From NCBI RefSeq assembly GCF_036321535.1, contig NC_087436.1, forward strand, positions 74,588,001 to 74,652,000: DNA of 64,000 nucleotides. Direction: 5' to 3'. A program made the translations under genes and the position numbers. The notes beneath the pieces were generated by a model. That model did not search any database, was not told where the DNA came from, and saw nothing but the letters and a program-made list of their open reading frames with translations. Below are positions 13,744-25,078 of this stretch, in pieces. How positions within the stretch are numbered: position 1 is the stretch's first letter; every line of letters starts with the position of its first letter. This DNA comes from Camelus dromedarius. Its lineage: Eukaryota.

Positions 13744-14871
13744 GTGAGCCATCCGTCCTCTGTCCAGGGAGAGAGACAGCCAGGACTCCATGCCATTCTA
13801 AATGCTTTCTGCGTGTATTTCGTCCCGGGCGTGGCCTACTAACCTGTAAGAGGAGTAGGTCAGCTAGTCTTGTCCCCATTTTACAGCTGCTAAAACCGAG
13901 AGTCATAAAGGTTACGCGATGTATGCAGTCACATACCGAGTTAGCAGCGCAGCCAAGACTGACACTAGACCCTGCATCTCCAGACCTGACCCCGCCTCCT
14001 TGTAGCTCTGTGTTCCCTCCATTTACAGGTGCTGAAATGCAAGCTCTGGGATTCTAGGACTATTATTATTGTCTCAGCCTATCAGCCAACTTGGTGAACT
14101 AAGCGGCGAGGGCCCTGGGCCACTGTCTGACGGGGCTGGGCTCCGGCTGCCACGTTTGTGCCCACGCGTCCCTTTGGGGCGCACACTCCCTGCTCTGGTG
14201 TCCCGCTGACTCCCAGGCCAGGGTAACTGCTTCCTAGAGGCTCAAGCGGAAGTCTGCTGTAGCGCTCACGCCACTGAGAGGGCGAGAAGTGTGTTTGCCT
14301 TTGATGGTGGATGCTGAGCATCTCAAGTGCTTGACCTGCTGCTTGGTGCACTTCCAAGTGGAATTGTCTCAGTCATTTCATCATCATCCCCTTTTGATTT
14401 ATCTTTATAAAGACTCCTGAAACTCAGACGTTATTTAAATAGCTAAGCACTCAACATAGTTTTGCTGCGGAGAGAGGAAAGTTGAGCCTTATTTGCTGTT
14501 GGCTTTAAGTACCAAGCAGATGCTGGGTAAAAATCTAGAATTATCTAGTGAGAATGACCTCCCTCCTTCCCTCCCTCCCTCCCTCCCGTCCTTCTTTCCT
14601 TCCAGTTTTTGTTTCTGCATTGTGATAATTTTCTAAATTCAATTTGTCTAGGGCCAGAAACTTCACATATTATTCTTAATTTGAATAGTATGTATGTATG
14701 TCGCACATACATGTAAATCTGTAGTCACTGTGTTAAGTCTCTCAGTAAATGTATATTATATATTTCAAAAAAGGATCAGAAGGAAAGAACTTTTACCACT
14801 AGGGTGAGTTTCTTACTAGAAGCAAGGAGAATTTTTATTTTCTTCTTTATGTTTTTTATGATGAATATGTT

Positions 14872-15030
14872 TCTTCTTCTTCTCCTCCTTTCTTCCTCCT
14901 CTTCTTTTTTTTTTTTTTTAATGGGAGGGGGTAATTAGGTTTATTTACTTTTAGAGGAGGGAGTGGGGATTGAACCCAGGACCTTCTGTATGCTAAGCAT
15001 GTGCTCTACCACTTGAGCTATACTCTCCCC
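14872..15030 (-). mobile_element. Vic-1-type SINE with purine-rich tail
   Basis: Reverse complement of the tRNA-Ala-like head plus cctaattac tail and poly(A); TSD-like tgaatatgt / tgaacatgt. Confidence 0.88.
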
Positions 15031-15275
15031 TGAACATGTATTATCAGAAAAAGTGCACCAGAATTCCCCTAAGTCCTAAGGCATCCAAGTCCCAAAGGAG
15101 CACAGGGCTCCGAGGGCTGCTGGTCACCATCTCAGCCTGGCTCAGCGCGGACGGCACCTCACTCGTGTAATTAAACGTGGCGCCGCCCGTGTTCTGGCTC
15201 AGAAGAGACCCAGACAGCCTTATACCAGTGAGCGTCCCGTTCCCGCCACCAAGCGTGTCCTCCTCTTCTCCCCAG

Positions 15276-15463
15276 CTCCACGAGAAGTTCGACCTCCTAA
15301 AACGGACACACCAAGAAGAGAAGAAGAAAGTGGAAGACAAGAAGAAGGAGCTGGAGGAGGAGGTGAACAATTTCCAGAAGAAGAAGGCGGCAGCTCAGCT
15401 GCTTCAGTCCCAGGCCCAGCAGGCTGGGGCCCAGCAAACCAAGAAAGACAAGGATAAGAAAAA
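15276..15463 (+). CDS. SEPT11: Septin-11 coding exon 9, [13 protein letters not shown]...[10 protein letters not shown], ends in phase 2 (AA)
   Basis: ctccccag acceptor, gtaagc donor, 188 nt. Confidence 0.97.
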
Positions 15464-17024
15464 GTAAGCAGGTGTCGCCCCCAGGCAGCGGGGCCTTCTA
15501 ACAGTTGATTCCTCTTGCATGTCTCTACTTTTCCCATTTACAGACTGGAAACTGGTCTGTTACTAGAAAGATCAAAGCAAGTATTTTCTCTACAGTGCAG
15601 GGAAGACGATAAAGGTTTTTAAAATATTTCTAAAGGGTACACAGATGTTAATTGGTAAAACTTGACCACACGACCAAGCAATCAGGACTGCAGGAACCTG
15701 TCGTCTCCAGTAGCATCTTCTGCACCAACACTAGGACTCTTGAGAAGACAGCGCATTTCTCTCCACTACTCTCTGGAGACAATCCTCATGGCTCTTGATA
15801 AAGAGCACCCTAAATTATGATTGATAGGATTATTTTTCTAGTCTCTGTCATAAGGCTTGATAAGCCAGTCGTTGGAAGTCTTGTTCTCAGAATGAACAAT
15901 TCAGACGAAATGCTAGTGGCCAAGTTTTCCTCTAGATTCAAGATTATGAATTATTTTATTGTGAAAATGAGCTCAAAATGCCCATCTAATTAAGTCACCT
16001 CCATGAACTCCCAAGATACGCTTACACCCACCCAAAAAACCATTTTAAAATATGGCCTTGATTGAATGTGAAAGGGTCAGATTCTGCTCTTGAGTTGCCA
16101 CTCCCTATGATACTTCATCAGCAGCAGTCTGAATCCAGTGGGAGACTTGCACCTTCCTGGAAATCCTGTGATTTGAAACTTTACATCAAATCACGTTAAA
16201 GGCCAGAAAGGGCCAATAATTTGATGGCAATTATTCTATTGATTTGACAGTAGGCTCAATGGTCAATAAGACACCTTTGAGGAAAACCTTGGTGGTAGCC
16301 AGGTGGGGAACCCACAGAGGCCGCCCTCTTGTGTTTAACGTGCAGTCCTCTGAGGGCAGCGAGAAGGCAGCTCAGAGCGTGTTTTAGGATTCTCGCTCTT
16401 CATCCTTAGATGCTAAGGTTCTAGGGGAAAGACTGACAACTGAGTAAAACTGTTGGTACTTGAGTAGGCAAAGAATTACATTCTTAAACATATATAGCAG
16501 ACAGGATTGAGCCTGCACAGTAGTTGAGTCCACTCACGGGGGAGCGAGCATGATGGTGGTGTTCACGTGGTCTCGGTGAACACGCAGGCTCTCGCCCCTG
16601 AGCCAAAATGCACTGCCACAGTGACACACGGAGCTTGAAATTCTGCTTTACAAACTTTGACTTTCCAAGCCCTGAGACAGCAGAAGCTGGCTGAAGGGTG
16701 CAGGGGAGCCAGCAGCTTTCCTAAGCAATAGAAAGTAGGTGGTGGAGGTGAGCTGTGATTTGAATAGGGTTGATCTAGACCCAAGTGATCAAAGGACTCC
16801 AGAGGCTGAAAATTTAGTTATACTGGATTAATTCTGAGAGTAGCAGTTGCCTAGATAATCCGGTTCAAGAAAGCACTTTGTAGCTACTCATGTTGAGAGA
16901 GCGTCGGTCACTCATGGTGATGTTCCCCATGCAGGTTCAGAGATTAGTGACTCTTCCAGTGAAGACAGAATGAAAGCCATTTGGCGTCCTACCCTTGTTG
17001 ATCCAGACTAACCCAAGATAAAAA

Positions 17025-17027
<3 letters not shown>

Positions 17028-17073
<46 letters not shown>
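17028..17073. repeat. (GT)23 microsatellite
   Basis: Read directly. Confidence 0.98.
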
Positions 17074-17075
<2 letters not shown>

Positions 17076-18910
17076 CTATAGGCATGAATGAAACAGAAAA
17101 AGCTGCTGACTCGGTTTAGGAAACCCAAGGTCAAGTTTTTCTTACCCTGAAGCACTAAAGTGCGTAAAGGTACATGTTTTAGAACTAAAAATGTTTATCA
17201 AAGACCAGCAATGTTCCAAGGATATTTCATGTATACTGGATGTGCCTTTAAGCAATAAAAATTCCAAGAGCTGAGCAGTATTGTGCCTCCACTACAAAAA
17301 AAGTCTTATCTAGTAGCAGACTTCCCCGTGTAGGGAGGTTTTTCTTGTCCTTTTGAACGTTTTTGGTTATTTTCTTGCCAACCTCTGGCCTTAGCAATGT
17401 ACAGTGCTTTTCAAGTTTAAGTGAAGTATGTGTGAATTGTATTTTAGCCTTATTTATACATTCTCAATTTCAATGAATGGAATTAGACTTAATTTGGTGC
17501 ACAGTAATCACCAGATTTTGGGCCTGATGACAGCAAGTATTTTTTGGCAACTTCTCCGAGGTTCTTAACCTTCAGACTTTCCCATTTGAACAGTGAAAGC
17601 AACTGCAACTCTCCTCTTCCTACCAGGGGGGAGTTTTGGTCAGAGAGTACCACAGAAAGACAGTTACCAGGGTACCCAGAGCAGTATTTTGAAAATAAAT
17701 GGGAGGCCCTTTCCTCCGCCCGCAGCTGGAGGAGATGCTGGGGTGGCCACACCTGCCACTTAGGAGCTGGCTCTGTTTGAGGGAGAAAATTTTTTAAAAG
17801 ATGTTTATTCCTTCACCTGCTTGTATCCACCTCAGAGCTGAACTGAGTTTTTCTAATAGTTTTAAATTCTGTTTTTTCTATTCTACTGACATGCTCCCTC
17901 TGTAACGTAGGTAAGGCTTTGTACTTCTCCTTGACCTCTAGTGGCATGAGAGCATATAACATTTCCTAAGATTACAGACAAGCTAGGGCTAACCCTGGCA
18001 CTGCCATTAGCTGGACCCCACCTCCTGCCATCTCTGGCCACCAAGTCACTTTCCTTGTTTGCGGCTACACCTCAGTGGTGGGACTGCCCGAGGGTAAGTT
18101 GTTCAGTAGACAGTGTTCATCTTTGCTGAAAACGCTGCACAGTGGCCAGCAGGCAAGTTGCATCCATTCCAAAAGAGAGTTTTAAAATCTGTCATTTTAA
18201 AACTGTACCTGGCATCTGATAACTATACTTTACACAACCATCCACTCATCTTTTCTTTTTTAAAAAAATATTTTGATTCTTGCTAAGGAATGAAGTTGCA
18301 TGTTTTGGACTTGCCTAATCTTAGACATGTGGATGTTGGATTTTGCGTTGCTTTATACCTAAGAGGGGGCGTCTCCTGTCATTGCTCTTGCTGTAACCAC
18401 ATAACGATCGTCCTTTTTCCCGCCACCCCAAGTAGATGAGTAGCATGCCCTCCATCCACTCTATTCCAGTCCCCAAGTTAATTGTTCAAAGACATTTATT
18501 GTGTATTTATTCTCTGACTCCAGCAGCTCAGACATAGAAGATGCAGCTCCTATTCAGTACCAATGTGGTGCCCAAATCTAACCAATAATGGTTTTGTGTT
18601 ACTTGAGAAGATGAAAATCAAACCACAAATCCTTCCACTAGAATACATAGTGGTTTCAAGAAGTCACCCATGAATTTGCAGTTACATGCAGATGGAAACT
18701 AACCATGTGTTCTTTAATTTGGTATTAAAATTTTGCTTTTGCTCGTCATGTAGAATAGCTTACTCGAGTGTTTGGTTTTAATTTCTGTCAATCCCATAAT
18801 CATTGCATGAGCAGTCACCATCACCAAATGCTGGTGCTGGCGCTCCTAATTTTCCTTCTTTTTAATTTATTATTATTTCTAACTTTTTTGTTTTGTTTTT
18901 TAACTTGCAG

Positions 18911-18926
18911 TGCAAGCTTCACATAA
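18911..18926 (+). CDS. SEPT11: SEPT11 last coding exon, C-terminus NASFT*
   Basis: Long T-rich tract plus ttgcag acceptor; T GCA AGC TTC ACA TAA completes the AA codon from exon 9; matches the canonical SEPT11 C-terminus as I recall it. Confidence 0.92.
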
Positions 18927-21900
18927 AGCCTGGCAAGCCAAGGATGGTCCGCATTCACCTGCTTTTGCAGTAATATTGTATCTCTGCCATCTGTGTCCTT
19001 TTGTTTTGTTTTTTTTTTTTATTTTTTTTTACCCTTCCCCAGACACCATATAACTATTAACTCATTGTGCTGAATGTTGTTGGGTTGTGGGAAATGATAG
19101 AACAAGGGAACGGCAGCAAAAGCTATGTGCCGCTGACTGGGTTTCTGGAAAGCCGATGGTTTGCCTTGTCTGCCTGTTCAGAGTGGCGGCAGGAAGCACG
19201 CCTGTCCTGTTACTCGTGTGTGGCTTTGGACTGAGGGGAGGAGGCTAAATTGCTCCATGTACCTCTGGCAGGAAAAACCTCTCACCACCTCAGCAGCTGA
19301 ACTATAAACCTGGATAGCCATGACAACCTCTTGCTTTTCTTGATCACTCATCTCCATGATGGCCAAGGCCCTGAACGCCCTCTGTCTCTCCTCCATACCT
19401 GCCCCAAAGCAAGGTAGCTCTGTCTGCAGGCAGAACGGTGGGTAAGCCTTACCTGACCTTGACCCTTGCGTGGATTTTTTATTACCATGGTAACATTATT
19501 TGGCCTGGGTTGTGGGTCTGTTCAGACTGACTGTCTCCTCTTAATGGCTTTAGAAATGTGTCTGAACCCCCATCTCTCAAATCCTGGCCAAGCTGGTTGT
19601 AATAAGGAAACCAGGATGACGTACAGCTTTATTGGGGTGCCCTTGACCCTCTCACAGAGAGCCATCTCCAGGGTCAGATCAGACAACGTGGCTTAGCCAG
19701 AGAATCTTCCACCAAGGATGATGGGCTTTCCACGACCTACTTATTACTTTACAAAATCCGGTCTTTCATAAACACACCTCAATTTGCTCTCAGTAGGCTG
19801 AGGGGGAGGGTCTCATGACTGATTCCAGGGTGACAGTGCTTCTAAGAACATTTTTCAATAATTATGAGGAGAAATTTTCCAGAAATACTTAAAATAGCAA
19901 ATCTGTGATGAACGGCATCACCTGCAGCACAATTTGAGGGGACCGTGAGGTACAAGTGGAAAGAAACACGTACCCAAACCCATGAGTCGAGACGGCAGAC
20001 ATCCGACTTCACGTCCAGCCTCCTTGCCTAGTCTCCTTCTGATGTTTGGCAACAAAGAGAGGGAGGAACAGAACCACTGGTCTTTCCAACCCAGTTGTCT
20101 CAAAGGAATGGCCTCCCCTTTTCCCTCTCCAGGACCCCCTGCTGTTCATGTCTAAGTCTTGTCGCCCCATCACCGAGGATAGGGACTTAGCCATGTGCCA
20201 GGGCACAGACTGCACGCCAAGTTTGTACGGAAAAGGGCATATCTGATCTCTTTTCTGTACTTTTCATTTGTGAGGTTTAACCTGTCATCTTGATTTTTTT
20301 CCCCTGTAATAATGGGATACTCTCCGTTTTCTCTCTGACTCCGTCGTCTCCTGTTGCGTTCTTGAAAGCAGAACGCTTCTCATGAACCTGGTATTTCACC
20401 TCTGCGTTTTCCTTTTGGCCTTCATGAGTCATACGTTAAGCAAGTAGGACAGAATACGCTGTACCTCTGCACACATATGTACACCTTTTTTTTTTTTTAA
20501 TTACTAAGTCTCTAGTTGATTCCAGTAAAGATCCCCCTCCTCCACTTCTCTTTATCCTCAACCACACTCTTAGGGAAAGAAGGACTGGTCTTCCATGAAC
20601 TGATTTAGGCTTAATTAGGCAAAGTCAGAAATCAATTTCATTGAAGCGAAAATAAGCTGTTGCAGAAACCGCAAACCAGAAGCAGCAATAGTGGTGTAAA
20701 GACAGACTTAGGAGCTACTGGGGCAATGTTTTTGTTTTTGCTTTTGTTTCTTACTGGTTCCAGTCTGAAGCTAGCTGTGGTGCGGCCAAAGCTGAGATGG
20801 CATGCTGGGTCTAACCAGGGGCTGAATTTGCTCAGATGCTGTGCACCAGACCGAAGCTTGAATCCGTGTGCTGTACGCTTGTTCCAACCACTGCTTGCGT
20901 GAGCATTTTTGTGTCTTGTCACAGAAAATACACTTCTAAATTCTAAACATGCATCACTTGAAAAATGATCATTTTACACGCATCACTACAGCCTTTTCAC
21001 AGTGAGCCTTGCCATGAAAGGCATCCAGCTGACTTTTTGATTCCAAGATTGTTGATTGGATTGATTCCTTTTTTTCCCATTAAATTTTTCACAGCAAAAT
21101 ATATCATATGGAGAGTCAGGGAATAAAAGGTCAAAGGAGACAGATAGCAGCTTTTTTTAAAAATTCATTGCTTCTGAACTTTTTCTCCCCCCGCTCCCTG
21201 GCCCTGTTTGGTTTGTTATTGCTGCCCTCTCTTTTTCTGTATCTGTGCCTTTTTTCACAGTAGTCCTTGGCTCTGCACGGAATAAATGATACCCTCAAAT
21301 CTAACTGGATGTGCTTTCGCCTTTGCATGTAAGTACGGTAGTAAGAAACCTTTGAGATCTTTCTGACCTTTTTAAATTAGAGAAACAAATGGGATAGGTG
21401 GATTTTTTCCCCCAGAGTGGGGAAAGGGAGGTATTGGTTTGAGTAGCCTTTGTTTAAAAAAAAAAAAACTAAATATATTCAAAACAGCCTACATTTATAT
21501 CTTTTTCACAAGAAACACGTAGATTCAACTTTTCCTTGATATCAGTATGGAAGTCAGAAATCATTAGTCCCAGTCTGTGTTCTACACAGCATTGTGGGTT
21601 CATTGGATACTACAGAGGGTCCTTGGTCTCACTGTGTAAATAAAGCTAGAATGAGAAAGCTTCCGCTGGGGAAAATCAAGAGGAAAAATTATTTTATGCT
21701 GGGTTGCCTTGATGACTGCTTCATTTTTTGGTGATCTTGTTTAATGGTCTTTCCCTGGAGCTAACTACCAGCAATGATCACCTCTTTTTTTTTTTTTTTT
21801 TTTGGCCAGACAACACTAGCTGGCCTCTCCCATCTTTTGTTCAACCATAATGACCATCTTTTTGCTTCTTCTGGACTTCAGATGCCCTTAACTGTTGTAA

Positions 21901-22818
21901 GTGCAGTAGGAGGTGATGGAAAAGCATTTATGAGAATTTACTGGCAGTTGAGAGACTATGTTTTCCTAGCTTAGGCTCTTTTTTAATTAACCAAGGTTTT
22001 GTCCTGAAAGGGCACCTCAACCAGGGGAACATTTAACGTAAGGCTGGGCACAGGTTACTTCTTTTCCTTCTCTGCTTTGTGATCTCACCAGCACTAACTC
22101 TTACTCTTTCTATCTTGTGCACCTCAAATAGACTTGGTTTCCTCACTTTCTTGACATATCCATGAGTGTCTCATATACTAACTGTTGAATCAAGTTTTTC
22201 AGCTGTTTCCAGCCCATGTCATACTGTCTCTGTGTGGTCCTACCAAAACTGTCCATTCAGATCCCTTTGCTTTGCCATTTGCAAGTGTCTCAAGCTGTCA
22301 GGTCTCAGCTTCCAGAAGTCTTGGTTCCATCGATAGGATACATGTGTGATGACTCTTTAGGGGAAATGATGACCTACAAAGTCTAGATTGTATGTAGGTA
22401 TGAAGGGAATTTTTTAAATAAATTGAAAATTAAGCTGTGAACAGCATTAGAACGTTTGTCTATTTCTTAATTTTAAAATATCCTGATTTGCCTTAAATTG
22501 TAGCTGTAGATCATTGTCATTTTGCTGTTTGAAAATAACCAATGTGTTTTTAAAACTGTTGTGTAATCTACTTTCAGTGTTAATGCAGAATTGTCATATA
22601 TGTAAACCGCATGTTAGACACTTGTCTTTTTTAAAAAACTAAAATAATTGTACTGTTGTGAAGTATATCATTTTTTTTTCAAGTATGAAAGTAATCACTT
22701 AGCAAACGTGCTCAGTAACTTGGTGTCTGTTAAGGTAGGAGAGTGGACAGGTAATCTATGCATATATCACTAGTGCCAAGACATAAAGTAGGGGAAAATA
22801 TATTTTTACCCAAACATT
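18927..22818 (+). other. SEPT11: Long 3' UTR of the NASFT isoform (end approximate)
   Basis: Repeat-poor, U-rich sequence; variant poly(A) signal CATAAA at 22782-22787 followed by GT/T-rich sequence; end position inferred. Confidence 0.55.
21261..21285 (+). CDS. SEPT11: SEPT11 alternative exon, C-terminus N(S)PWLCTE*; exon extends to donor at 21328
   Basis: Roughly 80-nt polypyrimidine tract, CAG-TAG tandem acceptor, T AGT CCT TGG CTC TGC ACG GAA TAA, gtaagt donor at 21329; PWLCTE tail is known in SEPT6-group septins. Confidence 0.88.
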
Positions 22819-23308
22819 GTGTGCCCTTTTGTGAGTTCTTTTTAGTCACTGTTTGATATGCAAATGTACACGTGCTTATTATAATGGATAAAAGAAATAG
22901 GGATGAGAGTCTCGTGCTTTCCTGCCTTGTCTGGACTTCAAACGCTACCATCTGGGCAGCAGCAACTCCTCCAAGATGCTTGCCATGTGGTGTCTTGTAC
23001 TTCGCACAGAGTCTCTGCCACCTTCTCTACCCCCTTCCCCCCCTCATTCCCATCCCCTTCCGCTCTGATCAGTGTCCCCTGGCGCCCCACTGCCCCCAGG
23101 CCCAGCTGAGGCATCCTCTTCTTCCCCAGCCTCTGCTGCCAGCGTTGCTGCTGCTGCTCTCCCCTCAGCCGCACTCGAGGAAGTCATCCCTTTAATTGAC
23201 ACACTGCTGTTCTTCCACAGTTCGTTGTAGAGAAGCTCCTTTTTTTTTTTTTTTAAGTCTTTTAAGAAACAAATTTGAATCTGAACCTCTCTTTTTTCTC
23301 TTCTGTAG

Positions 23309-23324
23309 CTTCTTCTTTATGTAA
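23309..23324 (+). CDS. SEPT11: SEPT11 alternative exon, C-terminus NFFFM*
   Basis: ctctcttttttctcttctgtag acceptor then C TTC TTC TTT ATG TAA in the correct phase. Confidence 0.65.
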
Positions 23325-23968
23325 CCATCCTGTTGACAAGCCCTACTCTCTCCTAATGGACATAGAGCATTAGAAGAGCAGGAGCTGTCTGTTCACACGT
23401 GTTGGGGAAGAGTTACCTCATTTCCACCATCGCCTCCTATTCTTTTAAAGTCTGGGTCAAATATTGCACTGCTGTTTGTATTTGTCAATGTCTGTTTACA
23501 AACCACTGCCCATAGTGGTTACTAAAGTGACTTTTCACCACCAAAACCAGTAATACCTAATAATACTACTTAAAAGGAAATTGAGTGAAACAGAGAACTT
23601 GGGCTAAAACCCGAGGTAGCCATGTGCTGGGATCCTCTTGCTTAGCTGTCATGTTCTTGAAGCTGCTGACCCAAGAACTCACGGACTGAAGACAGCACGT
23701 ACCCCAATCTGAGGGTCCACAAACTTGATCTCATGTTAACTCCAGACCTCTCTGTCCCATGAGCGACATTCTCAACAGCCCCATCAGGACCCTCAACCAT
23801 CAATCAGGTCATGAGATCTGGGCAACAGTTCTCCTTCCTTTTGTTAGTTTTATGGGTTGTTTTGAGGTTTGGGATTTTTTCTTTTAAACATTTGATATTG
23901 CATGAACAAAGATGGCTGCAATTTTTAAATTTGGAGTGTTCTATTGATACAATGTTTTTATTTTTCAG

Positions 23969-23972
23969 CTGA
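23969..23972 (+). CDS. SEPT11: SEPT11 distal last exon, C-terminus N*; UTR probably runs to about 25100
   Basis: tttttatttttcag acceptor then C TGA; AATAAA at 25073-25078. Confidence 0.7.
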
Positions 23973-25072
23973 CCGTCTGCCTCTTGAGAGAGAGAAGTGG
24001 GCATCCTTCCTTTAAATTCAGGAACCACTGTTGTTTTATTTGACTCTTTTTCTGTTATCTGCACCCCTTATATAAGTTTTTTTTGGTTTGGGATTCTGTT
24101 TTGGAAAAAAAATTTTTTTTCTACGTAGCCAGTTCTGGTTTATGTATTGGTTATTCAAACTTAGTTTTGGTATCAAAATTATGCCAGTTTTAAGCTCAAG
24201 GGGAAATTTAAGTGACGTTTAAGTCAGAATTCTGTTCAAGATTCTGTCTCCTCCTCTCTGACACAAAAAAATCCCTGTGTTGTCACTGGGGTTTGACCTA
24301 CAAGTCTTAATCATGTTTTTAAAATGTGCCAGTGTTGGGTAGATGACTTTTCTGCCTCTGGGACTCAATTTATATTTAAAGGTACCTTAAAACAACTTTC
24401 TGGCCCATCCCTGCCTTTTTATTTATTGTGAAGCTCTTCTTTACCTTGTGTCCAGAGTTTTTGTGTCCTGGACCATGGGACACAAATCCCGAGCAAGTAC
24501 ATATCCTGTCCCAGACAACAGCAGCATTGACAGTGGTTCTGACCCACATTTACCAGTTACTCAGGTGGCTTTCTCCAGTGTCTGCAAAAAAAATCTGCTG
24601 GAAATCACTTACAACACCCACATGCAAACACACACTTCTTTCTGCCAGATGAGTCTGTGATTTCTAATGCTGACCTGTTTGTGATAGGCGAGGTTCAGGT
24701 CTAGATGACTTTATTAGCAGTCACCTCTTTGGGGCAGTTTTCATAGTCAAGGGACAATTTTCAGATCTATTTCTATTTTATTAGAGCATGGACATGCAAT
24801 TAAGTTATCTTTTAATTTCCTAACTTGTCAATAGTCTTTGCTTCTTTCTACCCTTTTTCAGCCCCACAGTAGGTGGATATTGATGGCATGCGTTGCATTT
24901 GGAATGTTCCCCTCTATTTAAGAATGGGAACAAGCTTCTGTTGAAAGGTGGAATAATGAAGCAGCAGTCCCTGCCTCTTGAATTATTTGATTCTTGGGAA
25001 GAGGTTATATACAGCAATTGGATGAGCATGCTGGCAGGAGGCTTTCTTTACTTAGACACTATAATTAAATAC

Positions 25073-25078
25073 AATAAA
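25073..25078 (+). terminator. SEPT11: Candidate distal SEPT11 polyadenylation signal
   Basis: AATAAA with ATTAAA motifs on both sides, about 1.1 kb after the distal acceptor. Confidence 0.55.
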
